A stretch of DNA of 64,000 bases. Source: Camelus dromedarius. Its lineage: Eukaryota. A program made the position numbers and the translations under genes. How positions within the stretch are numbered: the stretch's first letter is position 1; each line of letters opens with the position of its first letter. Below the pieces are notes generated by a model that did no database searches, was not told the DNA's origin, and saw only the letters and a list, made by a program, of their open reading frames with translations. Location of the stretch: NCBI RefSeq assembly GCF_036321535.1, contig NC_087436.1:41852001-41916000 (forward strand), written 5' to 3'. This document shows positions 52,627-64,000 of this stretch, one piece after another.

Positions 52627-55324
52627 ATAAGTAGGGTCAAGATATAATTAACATGTTAGTATCAAAATACAGTTAACTTCTTTCGATACTGAGTCATCAG
52701 GTTGTTTGCAACTAACCAGAAAATTTAAGTAATTCTGCAACTAGCATATTGCGAATAATCTTTTTGAATCGAGATTTATTCTAAAATAGCTTCTCAGAAG
52801 TTTGTGTCTTATTAATTTTTTTAAATGCTTGATAAACATTGTTCAAGTGCTACCCCAAAGACTGACAAACAACCTGCCACTAGGCTTAGGTGGTGGAGCA
52901 TTTCTGTACCACCCTCACTAATGGGAATTATCACTTAACAAGTGATAAAAATGGAATCTGAATTGGTGGGTAAAGTCTGCATTATTAAATAAATAGAATT
53001 GATTTGTGAGAAAAAATCAAATGCGAACTCTCCATATAATGTGTCAAAATAACTTACCATTAGATTAAAAAGTGGAATATTTGGGGTTTTTTTCAGTTTA
53101 CATTTATTTATTGTTGTAACATTTTGTTTCAAACATCACACAATGCACCCAAATATCAGCTGCTTATTGTAAGATAATTGTCTTTGCCATAACTAAGAAT
53201 AGTGGACTGATGTTTACAACTCATTTCTGACAGCTTAAAACTTATTAGTGGCATTGCTGTCTAATAATCAAATACTTCATCCTAGACTGAATGTCATAAT
53301 TAAATTAACAAAGTTCTCCCCTCTCTCTCTTACTTTCAAAACAAATCAAATAAAAAAAAAAAAGCAGTTTTCATTTGGCAAGAATACTTATTCTAAACAA
53401 AAAGTTATTTTTTGTTTCATTAACCCAGGAGGCTCCAAAACAGTAGAAAACAAGACTTCCAGAGTAAATATGTGAATACTGAAAAAGGTGATAAAATTAC
53501 CTGGAAGAGTCTCCTTTTCAACCACTTGCAAAAAGAGGAAGAGTTTACTTTCTATATAATTTTTTGAAAAGCCTTGCCTGCACCTTCAAGAACACATAAT
53601 CCAAAAGAGCCGTGTGTGGTCTCCAGGGCAGAGTAGGTCCCAGACATTCCTTAGCTCTTCTCCTCAGATTTTTAGCAGCTTTCATTTTACAACATCACAC
53701 TGGTAAGACTTTGCTTTTTTCAGCTGAAAACTACGCAGATGTTTTTAAGCACTGCAAGCAAAGCACTCACACGTGGGACTAACGTGGCATGCTCCCAGCC
53801 CACACATCACTTCCTGGCGCTTGCAGACATGCAGCTGTCCACACCACACCACACCCTGCAAGCTTCAGCATGTGGACATCAAGGCAAATATTAAAGTCAG
53901 ATTAAACTGGAAAGAAAGAAAGGGGCCATGGTCATTTTACCATTGGAGCCATTGAGAAAATGGCTTAGAAGAGCCCAATCTGCCTGCGATCTCCCTGTGA
54001 AATCATCCATCACCGAAATCAGAGCAAGGCTAACAGTTCTTCATGAACTCAGCATCATAAGGGTCTGTGTACTAACACACTCCAGGGCATCTCTCTTTCA
54101 CAGAAAGAACAAATGTCATTAGTACCAAATGGCAGTGGATTCTCAGCACAAACTTAATACTTTCATAACAGTATAGTAATAGTAACCATCCGCTTTCAGC
54201 AAGAGACACTCCTTTCGATAAGAAGGAAAAAAAAAGACTCATGTTAATTAGCGTATGTACCCACTGGATCAATCTGCAGTGACAGAATGACCACATCTAG
54301 TGCTTATGGACCCTGGGACAAAGGGATCAGCCACCGTCAATGCAGGGCTGGGGGACCCGGCTTTTCTAGTTTGACCCCCTAAGAAGCCCTTTGTGTCCAG
54401 AGAGAAGAGCTTATCAAGAAAAAGAAACTTTCCAATTAAAAACTCCTTAAAGGACAAGGTAAAAAGGACTTCAGAAGGTGTATATTAAGATTTTCCATTG
54501 TGCACATATGCAAAGAAGCCCCACTAAGCTCAGGTTAAGCACATGAAGTTCACATTCTTCTAAAGCAAAGGAGGTCAAGAGGTCACGCTGATGCCACCTA
54601 GGAGATAAAGTAACGGCAGGACTGCCCTGCTAGGAGCTTAATTCACTGACTGGGCAGAAGTTTGTATTAAACATCACCTAGTTTCCCTAACCCACTGTAT
54701 ATAACTAAACTCACTAAGTGATCAGTCCTTGAACTGTTTAAGGTGGGAAGGTTTGCACTGGAGGAAGCCTGTGTTGTTCCTCCTTTTGGAACATGAGTGT
54801 CCAGGCTGTGCCACTGAGAACTGTGTTCAGGAGACCTTACTATTGTCTCTGTATCTAACAACACTACGAAAACTTCTGAACTAAGTCAGGGACTTCAGCT
54901 TTCTTGTTTGGGAAATAGCCACCCTATTTCTCCATCTCTAGATCAGTTGAGCCTTTATGTGCTTACTTGTCATTCCACTCACTTGTTCCTCCCAAAGGTA
55001 ATAGAAAACACACGTCATGTTGCCCTCTACTCAACAGCCTTTAGCCTTTAAAAAAAATTGTATCCTCTACTTCATAAAGAAAATGAAGGTAACCCATATG
55101 ATCTCACTAATATAATATTTCTCATACATAAAACATATCTAAATATGCATGCACCCTTCTTTTTCTTTCTAAAATATCAGATGAAGAAGTGTCCCTCTTC
55201 CTCTTTACTACCAGCTCCTCATTCTGTGTCTCTGATCCCAACTCATTCTTCCCTGGAATCTTATTATATGAATGAATCACTCTGGTCTCTATATTTTCAA
55301 TCTATCCTCCTCTAAGGCATTCTT

Positions 55325-55656
55325 TTTTTTTTTAATTTTAATTGAAGTATAGTTGATTTACAATGTCAGTTTCAAGTGTACAGCAAAGTGATTCAGTTAT
55401 ACATATACTTACATATATGTATTCTTTTTTCAGATTCCTTTCCACTGCATGGTATTGTAAGAAATTGAATATAAACCTGTGCTATATAGTAGGTCCTTGT
55501 TTTTTATACTATATATAAATTATATATAAAATTAAGAGTGTCTGTTAATTCCCAACCCCTAATTTATACCTCTGCCCTTTCCCCTTTGGTAACCATAGTC
55601 TGTTTTCTATGTCTGTGAGTCTGTTTTTGGTTTGTAAATAGAATTTGTATCATTTT
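55325..55656 (-). mobile_element. 5'-truncated L1 3' end with 12-bp TSD
   Basis: TTGAAGTATAGTTGATTTACAATG...GGTAACCATAG...TTTGTAAATA. TSD is TAAGGCATTCTT (55313-55324) / TAAGGCGTTCTT (55657-55668). Confidence 0.92.
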
Positions 55657-55831
55657 TAAGGCGTTCTTCTTTACAGCCTATTAACATGCCCAATGCTTGC
55701 TTATCCTACAAACCCTTCATTGAACTCTCATGCATTTCTAGGTGCAGCTGATGTTTTTTTCTTTTCCTTCTTATTGACACTTTTTGAAATAGTAGTCTAC
55801 TCTTGATTTTAACACTTCCTTTTATCACATT

Positions 55832-56292
55832 TGTGCCAGATTATTTTACATGTGCCTTTCCAGATCCGGGCTGACCTATATGGATTACATCAATGAACTA
55901 CCTTGTTCCACAGCTTCCAATTGAGTTTTGCTGATATGAAACACGTATAGAAGCTTGGCAGAAGGAAAGTGAGATAAAAATATCCGTTTACCTGTGGGGT
56001 TGCTGCACTCTGGCTGAGTGTTATGACTGAAACTCTCGCCTCTCTTAGGTGGCCCTTCTACATAGAATTCATTTTCTCTTGGATCTGATAAACACTCCCT
56101 CCTCATGACCTCATGACCTGTAAGGTTTGAAAGTGGTAATGTAGCCCTGTGTTTAGGTCCTAAGCTATTATCCTTTGTGTTTTGCCTACTCCCCATCCTC
56201 ATTTTTATAAATCACTTCATTATAAATTCTCTTCCAGTCTTCTTAATTTTAATGAGGCATGCTTTCTGCAAGCATCTTAACTAATAAATACT
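55832..56292 (+). mobile_element. LTR33-like ERVL solo LTR
   Basis: GGCTGACCTATATGGATTACATCAA near the start; ATAAATTCTCTTC...TTTTAATGAGGCATGCTTTCTG...CTTAACTAATA at the end. Confidence 0.6.
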
Positions 56293-56299
56293 ATGGCCA

Positions 56300-57000
56300 G
56301 TCTTCACCCAGTGTACTCTGGCTTCTACCACATCTCTGTAACACAGCCGTTTTTGCTAAATGTTCTAAATACTTGCTAAGTGTTCCTGATTTCTATTTCC
56401 AGTTTGTCTTTTTTAATTCTTATTTTATTGACATTGCTACTACAGATAGTGATATGCTCCTGCAAACTTGCTATCTTCACAAATTCAGACACACAGTCAT
56501 CTTCTTGTTTTCCTTGTAGCTCCCTATCTCTTCTTCTTCTTCGATTCTTTTTCTTTTTGTATCTAATATTGCCTTTGGAATGTTGTTGCTCCCAGTGGTT
56601 TCAGCTCAGCCTATTTTTATTTTTATTCTGCACCTTCAGATTTGTGAGGCTCATTAATAGAGTTTCAGCAATGACATGTACACTAATATACTCCAAATTT
56701 ATGCTTGCACCCACGTCTCTTCCCCAAGATTCAGATTTTAATACTAAACCACCTGTGAGGCACAACTCTCCTGGCAGTTCCTGTCTAAAGTGTACCCATA
56801 AATTCTACCCTTTACAAAGGATTTTCATCCTACACTTTTATTGTTCTTTAATAGCAAGTTCATACAACCAGACGTTCATACTAAGAGTCCTGAGAGTCAT
56901 GTCTGATCCTGTCTGTCACCTCTAACACCTAATCAGGACTTACTACTGATTATATCCCATAAATATCTCCTGAAATTTATGCCTTCCTATCTTTACTACA
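56300..57000 (+). mobile_element. L2 LINE ORF2-region fragment (probably continues upstream at about 54940-55310 and 55670-55830)
   Basis: Pyrimidine-rich L2-like blocks (TCTGGCTTCTACCAC, TTGACATTGCTAC, TCTTGTTTTCCTTGTAGCTCC, CTCCAAATTTATG, AGAGTCCTGAGAGTCAT). Confidence 0.6.
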
Positions 57001-57019
57001 AGTGCATTCGTATGAATCA

Positions 57020-57130
57020 CTGAGATAATAATTTCTTCCACTCGGGGTTATCGTGAGGAGTCGGTGGATTAATATCTGTGGAGCTCCTATGACAGCACCT
57101 GCCAAAATAGTTAAGTGCTCAAAAACAGTG
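57020..57130 (+). mobile_element. MIR 3' fragment
   Basis: GGGTTATCGTGAGGA...ACAGCACCTGCCAAAATAGTTAAGTGCTCAA. Confidence 0.55.
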
Positions 57131-60100
57131 CTTTAGCATGATGTTAAACTTTAAGTTTCCAACAAGATACAACAGACACGAAATTACAAAATCAGATCAG
57201 GATATGAAGGGTTTACAAAAGAAATAGTCAAAAACTGTATCCATGATACTTGAAACTTCCCACTCACTAAGAGACTGTTAAAAAAAAGATCAAGAGATCA
57301 ATTTGAGAAAAATTCTTCAAAAAGACCTTGTGAAGCCTCATTTTCCTCCCCAGGAGAAGGTAAGATGTAGGTTACTCTCTTTTTCATGTCAAACATACAG
57401 AGATTGCACCTCAAGGAGACAACTCAGAGAGCTTAATATGTTTTACCTCCAGTTTTGAGACTAACTGCTCTCACCCAGAAATCCAGAAATCAATACGTGG
57501 GCTGACAAACTGCTCTGGTGGAGAAGTTAAGGGAGAGAGGGTTTCATTTACCATCCCAGAGGGCAAAGTGTGTGTGTTTCAAAGGGGAGCAAATGTAAGA
57601 CTCAGGGGCAGAAAGGGCAGTCCATTGGTTTTAAGTCTTGTCTAGGAGGAACTTCTGTGGACACATACAGACTCCAGCATGTGTACGGAGCTGCCCACCT
57701 GTGAAACTCACTGAAAAGGAGTGAAACAGGGAAATTAAATACCACACCTACACAGCACGGGGAAACACAGTCTGAGAACTCATAGGATTCACAGCATTGG
57801 GAACATTCAAAGAACCTGTGAAAACACCCCAACAGAAGAGGGGTCAGCCAGGTTACCTCTTTTCCCAACCATCCTTCTTTTGAACCAGGCTGGAAGCTAA
57901 ACAGCAGCTGAACCTCAGGAAAATGTGGGAGTCAACAGATAAGACAGGAGCCAATCGTACCTTCTTTTAAAAGACAGGCTGGAAAGTGAGGTAGGGAGAT
58001 GTCTTACCTGAAATGTCGGTTGATTTGTGTTTAATGTGATTAATATTTTCGTCTGCCTAGTTTTAACTATGGAGTGAATGAACCTGTGAGGAAGGAGGAC
58101 TGACTGCTATTTAAAATTGAGCAGGAAAGTCAGAAAACTGCTCAGGTTTTCTTTGTAGTACAGAGAAACACTGCACCTCATTGTATGCATTCAAAATGAC
58201 CATGGAAGACGAAATAAAGTCGAGTTTTGGTTATGCCGCAAGCTGCACCCAGGCTCTCTGGGTTCATTCCTATGATTGTTTCTATTATTATCATTAATGA
58301 TGATCATGATGATGGTTACTATCCTCTCTTTTGTAAAATTGTAACAGCTTCCCAGCTCTTTTACTGATTCTACTGTGGTTCCTTTTAAGTTCATCTTCCA
58401 CAAAATCACAAGCAGAATCCATATAAAGCATGAACCAGTCACGTCTCATATAAAGTCCTATATGAAACCCTTCAGTGACTCCTTTCTCTGTAAACTTCTG
58501 TGCCTTACAGTAGCCTCCACAATGCCGTGCCTGCACATCTCTCTAGTGGCACAGATATCTGAGATGACAATCTGAGTCAAGGCCAAAAAATAGAGCATGA
58601 TGAATAAGGAACGACAAATCTCTCCTATCTGGACTTGATGTGGCAGACACAGAGTAGCAAGAGAGTAAACCAGAGAGGTGGTGACAGTCGGTATTTCATG
58701 AATTCTGTGTATGCAAATTATTTTTTTTCCTTCAAGAAATGAAACTATGAGAAAACGTGTGTCTGAGTGTGTGTATGCATATGACTGTGTACATGTGTGT
58801 GTAAATTTGTGTATGTATAGGACTGTTTTTGAGAACAAGCATGCAGAAACTGTACTTCAAATATATTTTACTGAGAAGTTAGTCTCCACCATATTTCCTG
58901 TTTTAGACAGTGACTTACAACACATTTTTCTTTCAGAGCGCTAAACTGACCCAAAGCAATGTGTTTCCATAAACACAATAAACTCCACTAAAATCAATGA
59001 CACAACATGTTTGTTATAGGAAATTAACTTCAGGTTTACCTACGTGCAATCAAATGGAAAGTTGGCTACCCCAAAAAGTTGAAAGGTAAAAGTAAGCTTT
59101 ATTATTCTAGAACTAGAGCAAGGAGTTTTGGAAAGAAAAGCACTCATTTATGACATTCAGTAATATGAATGGAAAGTCATAAATATTAATTTTAAGACTA
59201 TAAAACCCGTTCAATAGCAATACGAGTATTAGCTCACTAATCTAAGTGACACTTTGATAGAAAGGAACAAACTGAACAGATATTATTTGAGAAATTGGTT
59301 CAGTCTGTAAGAGATTTTTGTAGGATTTACACAAACTCTCATCAACAAAGTCATAGTGTAAACATGCTTTTAGAAATGTGTCCAGGACTGGTCAGCTTGA
59401 AAGTAAATACTTCAGGCATCACTTTAAATTATGTCCCTGTATACTAATTTCTATTCATTTATGGTGATAAATATATACCACAGGATCTATGAATTCTAGA
59501 AATGTAATGCATGCTATTCACATAATAGCAAGTCAATAGGACTTTTATGGAAAAAAATCAGCTTTGATCATGGTCATTATGAAGAACAAATAACAGAGAT
59601 GGAAGCTTACTAATAAATTTAAATTTCCCCCCAAAATAAGATTCTTTCAAGAACTCTCAAATATATCTTTTAGTTTTAAGTTTATTTTTGAGTGTACGGT
59701 TTGTTTCTTCATGTTGACAAGATAAGTTTTATCAGGAAATTGCATATCTTTGCCTCATCAAAGTCATTCTTTCTCCAGGGAAGGTTCTGAGCTAGAAAAC
59801 AGAACCAGATTGTCAAATCAGACTGACATGGGTTAAGTATCATATAGTCTCACACTTTCCAGAATTTCAAGGATACAGGCAAGCAAGAAGCTCAAATGAA
59901 GCAGAAAATGTTCCAGGATGACAAGGCTGCCCCCCAGGTTCCATCTTCCCATGTTAAACACGCCAGTCTCACCCAATAGAGTGAGGTCCCAGGGGGAGGT
60001 TTTGAGGTTCCTAGCACAATGGGGAGAAGTTAAATTATGAAATTTGTTCATTTTGTAACCTGAAGGTTTCATGGCTTATATAATATTCTCATAGAGAGAT

Positions 60101-62724
60101 GCAGAGTTCAATTTACTGTAAATAATCTTAATTCTCAGGGCATTTCAAAAATCTGGTCTCTTCCTTCTAGCAAATTGAATCAGGTTATTTACCCAAAGAT
60201 TCAGCTGACAAGACTAGACTAGGTCACCTGCCTTCTGTTCTTTTTTTCTGAGGATGTCCTCAAAAAAGGGAAAGCTCAGATCACAGGTCAGTTGCTCTGA
60301 CTCCTTTTCCCAGGTAATATATTCTGTAACAGTCTGTACATACATGTATAATCCTTGTTTAAAGAAATGTACATTTTCATGAAAGTTTTTACAAAGTTTC
60401 CCTTAATAGCATATTCTGTTCAGGGGGATACCTAAGAAGCCCGTTAGGCTAGGTTAGCAATTTACCCAGAATTATGTATTTGGCATAAAATGTCTGAAAA
60501 CATTTTTCAAATAGTTAAAGCAAAGCCAGATATTATATAGGTGAGGAACCTTTCCTTAGTCTAAGTTATTTGACAACCACATTGCTGATCATGCAGGATC
60601 CACAAGAAATGGTAAAAGAGGACAAGAATTGTTAAATGAATATTTGGAGAAAAACAAGAAAGAGGAGATGGTTTTGAAGAGAGAGCTATAAAGAAGGCAT
60701 GGAGGATGTGTTGTCTTAGAGTTTATGGTTATTACCTTAAAAATTAGCAGCTGTGTTCTGACAGAGAAAGTATACTTCTCAATAAATATAAGAACTGACA
60801 CACTGTTTTGAAAAAAAGGAGGAATTTTAGAAGATCACAGTTTTCACCTTCCAGTGCCTTATTTTTGATTGTATTGATTGATATATATTTTACTGACCAG
60901 GAAGGAACAGTAAGCTTAATAATAATTTTATAAATTTTATAAGTGCTTTATTATCTTAGCTTTACAACTTATTTTATGAAGATTCTGAATTTTGGAATCT
61001 TAAAAAGTAAAATAACACACATCTACCACAGACACCATTTAATTTTGTCTCCTGGTGTTTATGTAAAATTCTGCCCAGGGTACTAATTGGTAAAAGAAGA
61101 TTTATAGTCCATCTTGCAATCACTGACAAATCACTTATTTGAATAGAATTATATGGAAACACACTTTAATAATTTTGATTGAGTTCCTTCACTTTTAGCC
61201 ACTTGTGAAAAAATAAAGTCAAAATAATGCAGCTGAAATTGCTTCCAAAGAGGAATTTTAAAATAGTTAATGACTCCTCAGTGCCTATATTGTTTATATT
61301 GAAAAAGAGGTTTCATAAACAAAATTCAAATTAACACATTTCCGTATTGTACAGAGAATCTTAACTCTGTCTTGTATGAAGAAACCTGCTACCCATCATA
61401 CTAGTTAATATGGCAAAATTTCTGCTGCACATGCACATATGCAAATGTTGCAATTTGGGTTGAAGAGACTTGGAAATCAGTACATCAGGAGTGGGGTTGG
61501 TCTTTGCTCTCAATGGTTATCTTTTTCTATTTTTGAAAGTAAATTACTATTAGTTTAATTTCACTTATAATTAGTAATTTTAAATATTTGGGGTACAGGA
61601 GTGTTTAGTGACCGACATAAGCATGCTTCAACTGCATTTTGATTTATAAAAATAACTAGATCTTGAGGAAAATAAGTATTGTTCAGATACATATATCCAA
61701 GCCCCTACTACTGATCCATAATATCATACCTTTATTAATACAGTAATATGTATTACATTTTTCTTCTCCAATTTTTTATGGGAAAAGATCTGTAATTGTT
61801 ATAAGCAAAAAAAATACGTGCTACTCTCCACTCCTCTCTCTGCCTACCAGATTAGGAAAGGGCTGTGAAGCTGGGCTCTGGGGGCCTGTGCTTCACTTCT
61901 CAATGATCTCTAGCCCAAAATGTTTGGGGTGCACTGTTCTAGATAAACTACTGCTTTCTTATTCCTAAGTAATCAAGACATTCTATGGTATAGCTAGCAT
62001 ATTTTTACACTGGCTTCACACCTTGTCATCTGAATGTTTTACTACACATTCCTTTAGGAAATAAAATGTCTTCCTTTCAAAGGAGTGACTTAGGTGGCAA
62101 GGAAAAATCAAATCCTTGTGTGGTGTTGTCCAAACTAACCTTCATGGTGTGTAAGGATTCACAGCCTGAATGGAGTTAAGATGATACTGGGAATTTACCT
62201 GTGTTTAGGGAAGGAAGAAATGGCTATGGAGGGAGTGCTCTGGAGAAAAGAGTATTGTATGTAGCAATGTTTCATGCAGAAAAATATTATGTGGCTCTTT
62301 ATATGGATGATATGTTTGGTGGATAAAACAAAGAAGAAAAATATGTATGTTGAAAAAAATGCCCTTAATGTAATTGAATTCCATAGAATTTGAAAGTGAC
62401 ATTAAGCAAAGAAAATACTTAGTAATCTATCCTTGCTTTTCCTATAATAGTTTGCTGAAGTTTTAAAAAGCTAATTTGCTTTCTTAAATAGAATGTTCTC
62501 CCTTAATGACAATTAGTAATATTTGACAACCTTTAAGTGTTTGTTCTGTTTGAGTGACTTAATTGTAATAGAAACTGTTTCATACTTAAACATCAAGTAA
62601 CTAATTGAGCAATAAAATTCATTTCAAAAGCACAATAAATCCCTAGGTTCTGTTAAAGAAAAACGATTTCTTAATTTTAAGATCTCTCATTTTTTTCCAA
62701 AACTACTCTGAAGTCTGATTCTGA

Positions 62725-62945
62725 TAGTTAGCAATATTTTGTAGTATATTTGAAACTTGCTTAGAGAATAGATCTTAAAAGTTCTCATCACAAGAAAGAA
62801 AAATTGTAAGTATGTGAGGTGATGAATAGTCAGTAAACTTGTGGTAATCATTTTGCGATATATACATATATCAAATCATTATATTATACACCTTAAACTA
62901 ATACAGTGTTACATTCAATTTTATCTCAATAACATTGGAATAAAT
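62725..62945 (+). mobile_element. L1 3' terminal fragment (L1MA9-like)
   Basis: TTGAAACTTGCTTAGAGAATAGATCTTAAAAGTTCTCATCACAAG...ACACCTTAAACTAATACAGTGTT...TATCTCAATAA. Confidence 0.88.
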
Positions 62946-62956
62946 TAATATATTCA

Positions 62957-63427
62957 TGTATTAGTCAGGGTTCTCAAGAGAAACACAATCAATAAGAGAT
63001 AGAGATAGAGACAGGGAGATTGATTTATTATAAGGGATTGGGTCACATGATTATGGAGGCTGGGAAGTCCCATAATCTGAAGACCCTGGAGGGCTGATGG
63101 TGTAAGATCCAATCTGAAAGCCAGAAAGCTCAAGATCCAGAAAGTGCTGCCTTTTCATTTTAGTCTACAGGCAAGAAAAGACTGATGCCCCAGCTCAAAC
63201 TGTCAGATAGGAGGAGTTCCCTCTTACTCAGCCTTTTTCTCCATTTAAATCTTCAATTGACTAAATGAGGCCAACCCATATTAGGGAAGGCAGTCTTCTT
63301 TACTCAGTCTCCCAATTCAGGTATCAGTCTCATCCAGAAACACCCTCACAGACTCCCCTAGGATAACATCTGAACAAATGTCTGGGTATCCTGTGGTCCA
63401 GGCAAGTTGACAGATAAAATTAACACA
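62957..63427 (-). mobile_element. MLT2 (ERVL) solo LTR
   Basis: TGTATTAGTCAGGGTTCTC...CACATGATTATGGAGGCTGGGAAGTCCC...AAACACCCTCACAGAC...CAAGTTGACAGATAAAATTAACACA. Confidence 0.9.
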
Positions 63428-64000
63428 AGGAATTTCAGTTAATTGAGTTATTCATTCAATAAATGTTTGAGACCCCACACTAAGTATGGTAAAGTGGTAG
63501 CAGATACAAATATAATGGACTATTCTTAAGTCCAACTGGAAGTATAATGCATCCATAATTTACTTATGGTAGAATGTCATTAAATGGTGTAAATAATGTA
63601 CTCAAGGCAGGACTTTAAGTGCAGTCCATGTGGCTGAGCTGTTAGTTCAAGCTGGTTGGCTGGGGAGGTAGGAGAGGCATCATTTAGGCTTAGAGGAGAA
63701 ACCAATATTTGCTCTAGGCTTTGAATAATAAATTCAACTCGAATAGGTGAATATGAAAGTTGAGCAGAATGTCATTTCCCATGGAAGATGGAACACAGAT
63801 GATGTACACAGAAAAATTTCCCCATTGGAGCTTCATTTAATATGATGTGGACTTGGATGGCAGAAGGACAACTCTGGGAGGTAGGCTCGGAAAATGACAC
63901 GGGAGACACATTTGAGAGGATTCTGTGTGTCAGACAATAGCATTTGTATAAGCTACAGTATATAATATGTAGCCACTGACTATTTTTGACTGGGCTAACA

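Noticed and set aside
53830..53880. Possible REST/NRSE site (GCTGTCC and TTCAGCA...GGACA half-matches)
   Set aside because: Half-site spacing and sequence do not fit the canonical RE1.
56380..56925. 181-aa ORF, longest after NDST4
   Set aside because: Pyrimidine-rich decayed L2 sequence with a GTG start and no domain motifs.
14571..64000. Next NDST4 coding exon (expected to continue ALLETQ...)
   Set aside because: No matching sequence noticed; it likely lies beyond the window, though a short exon could be missed by eye.
1..64000. CRISPR arrays, operons, tRNA/rRNA genes, CpG island promoter
   Set aside because: None seen; this is CpG-depleted mammalian intronic DNA, and its periodic sequences are simple microsatellites.

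Overview
AT-rich mammalian genomic DNA from inside the NDST4 gene (heparan sulfate N-deacetylase/N-sulfotransferase 4, + strand). The only recognisable coding sequence is the large first coding exon, about 13291-14513. It carries 245 nt of 5'UTR with five upstream ATGs, then codons 1-326 ending at an AAG|GTAAGA donor. The rest is intronic: no promoter CpG island, upstream exon or next coding exon is visible. The introns are full of interspersed repeats: L1 3' ends (several with clear target-site duplications), L2, MIR, ERV/MaLR-type solo LTRs (MER31-, MER21-, MER34-, MER74-, LTR33-, MLT2-like), hAT MITEs and microsatellites. I saw no Alu, B1/B2, BovB/Bov-tA, PRE-1, CHR, SINEC or ERE SINEs, and the L1 ends look cetartiodactyl, so a camelid-like host is my inference. 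I found no convincing novel multi-gene system. The best leads are a ~345 bp TSD-flanked mini-element made of an L1 5' end fused to an L1 3' end, a second L1 5'UTR/ORF2 chimera, two perfect DR2 nuclear-receptor elements 1.5 kb apart, and the uORF-rich NDST4 leader. Repeat family names are from memory of consensus sequences, not from a search.
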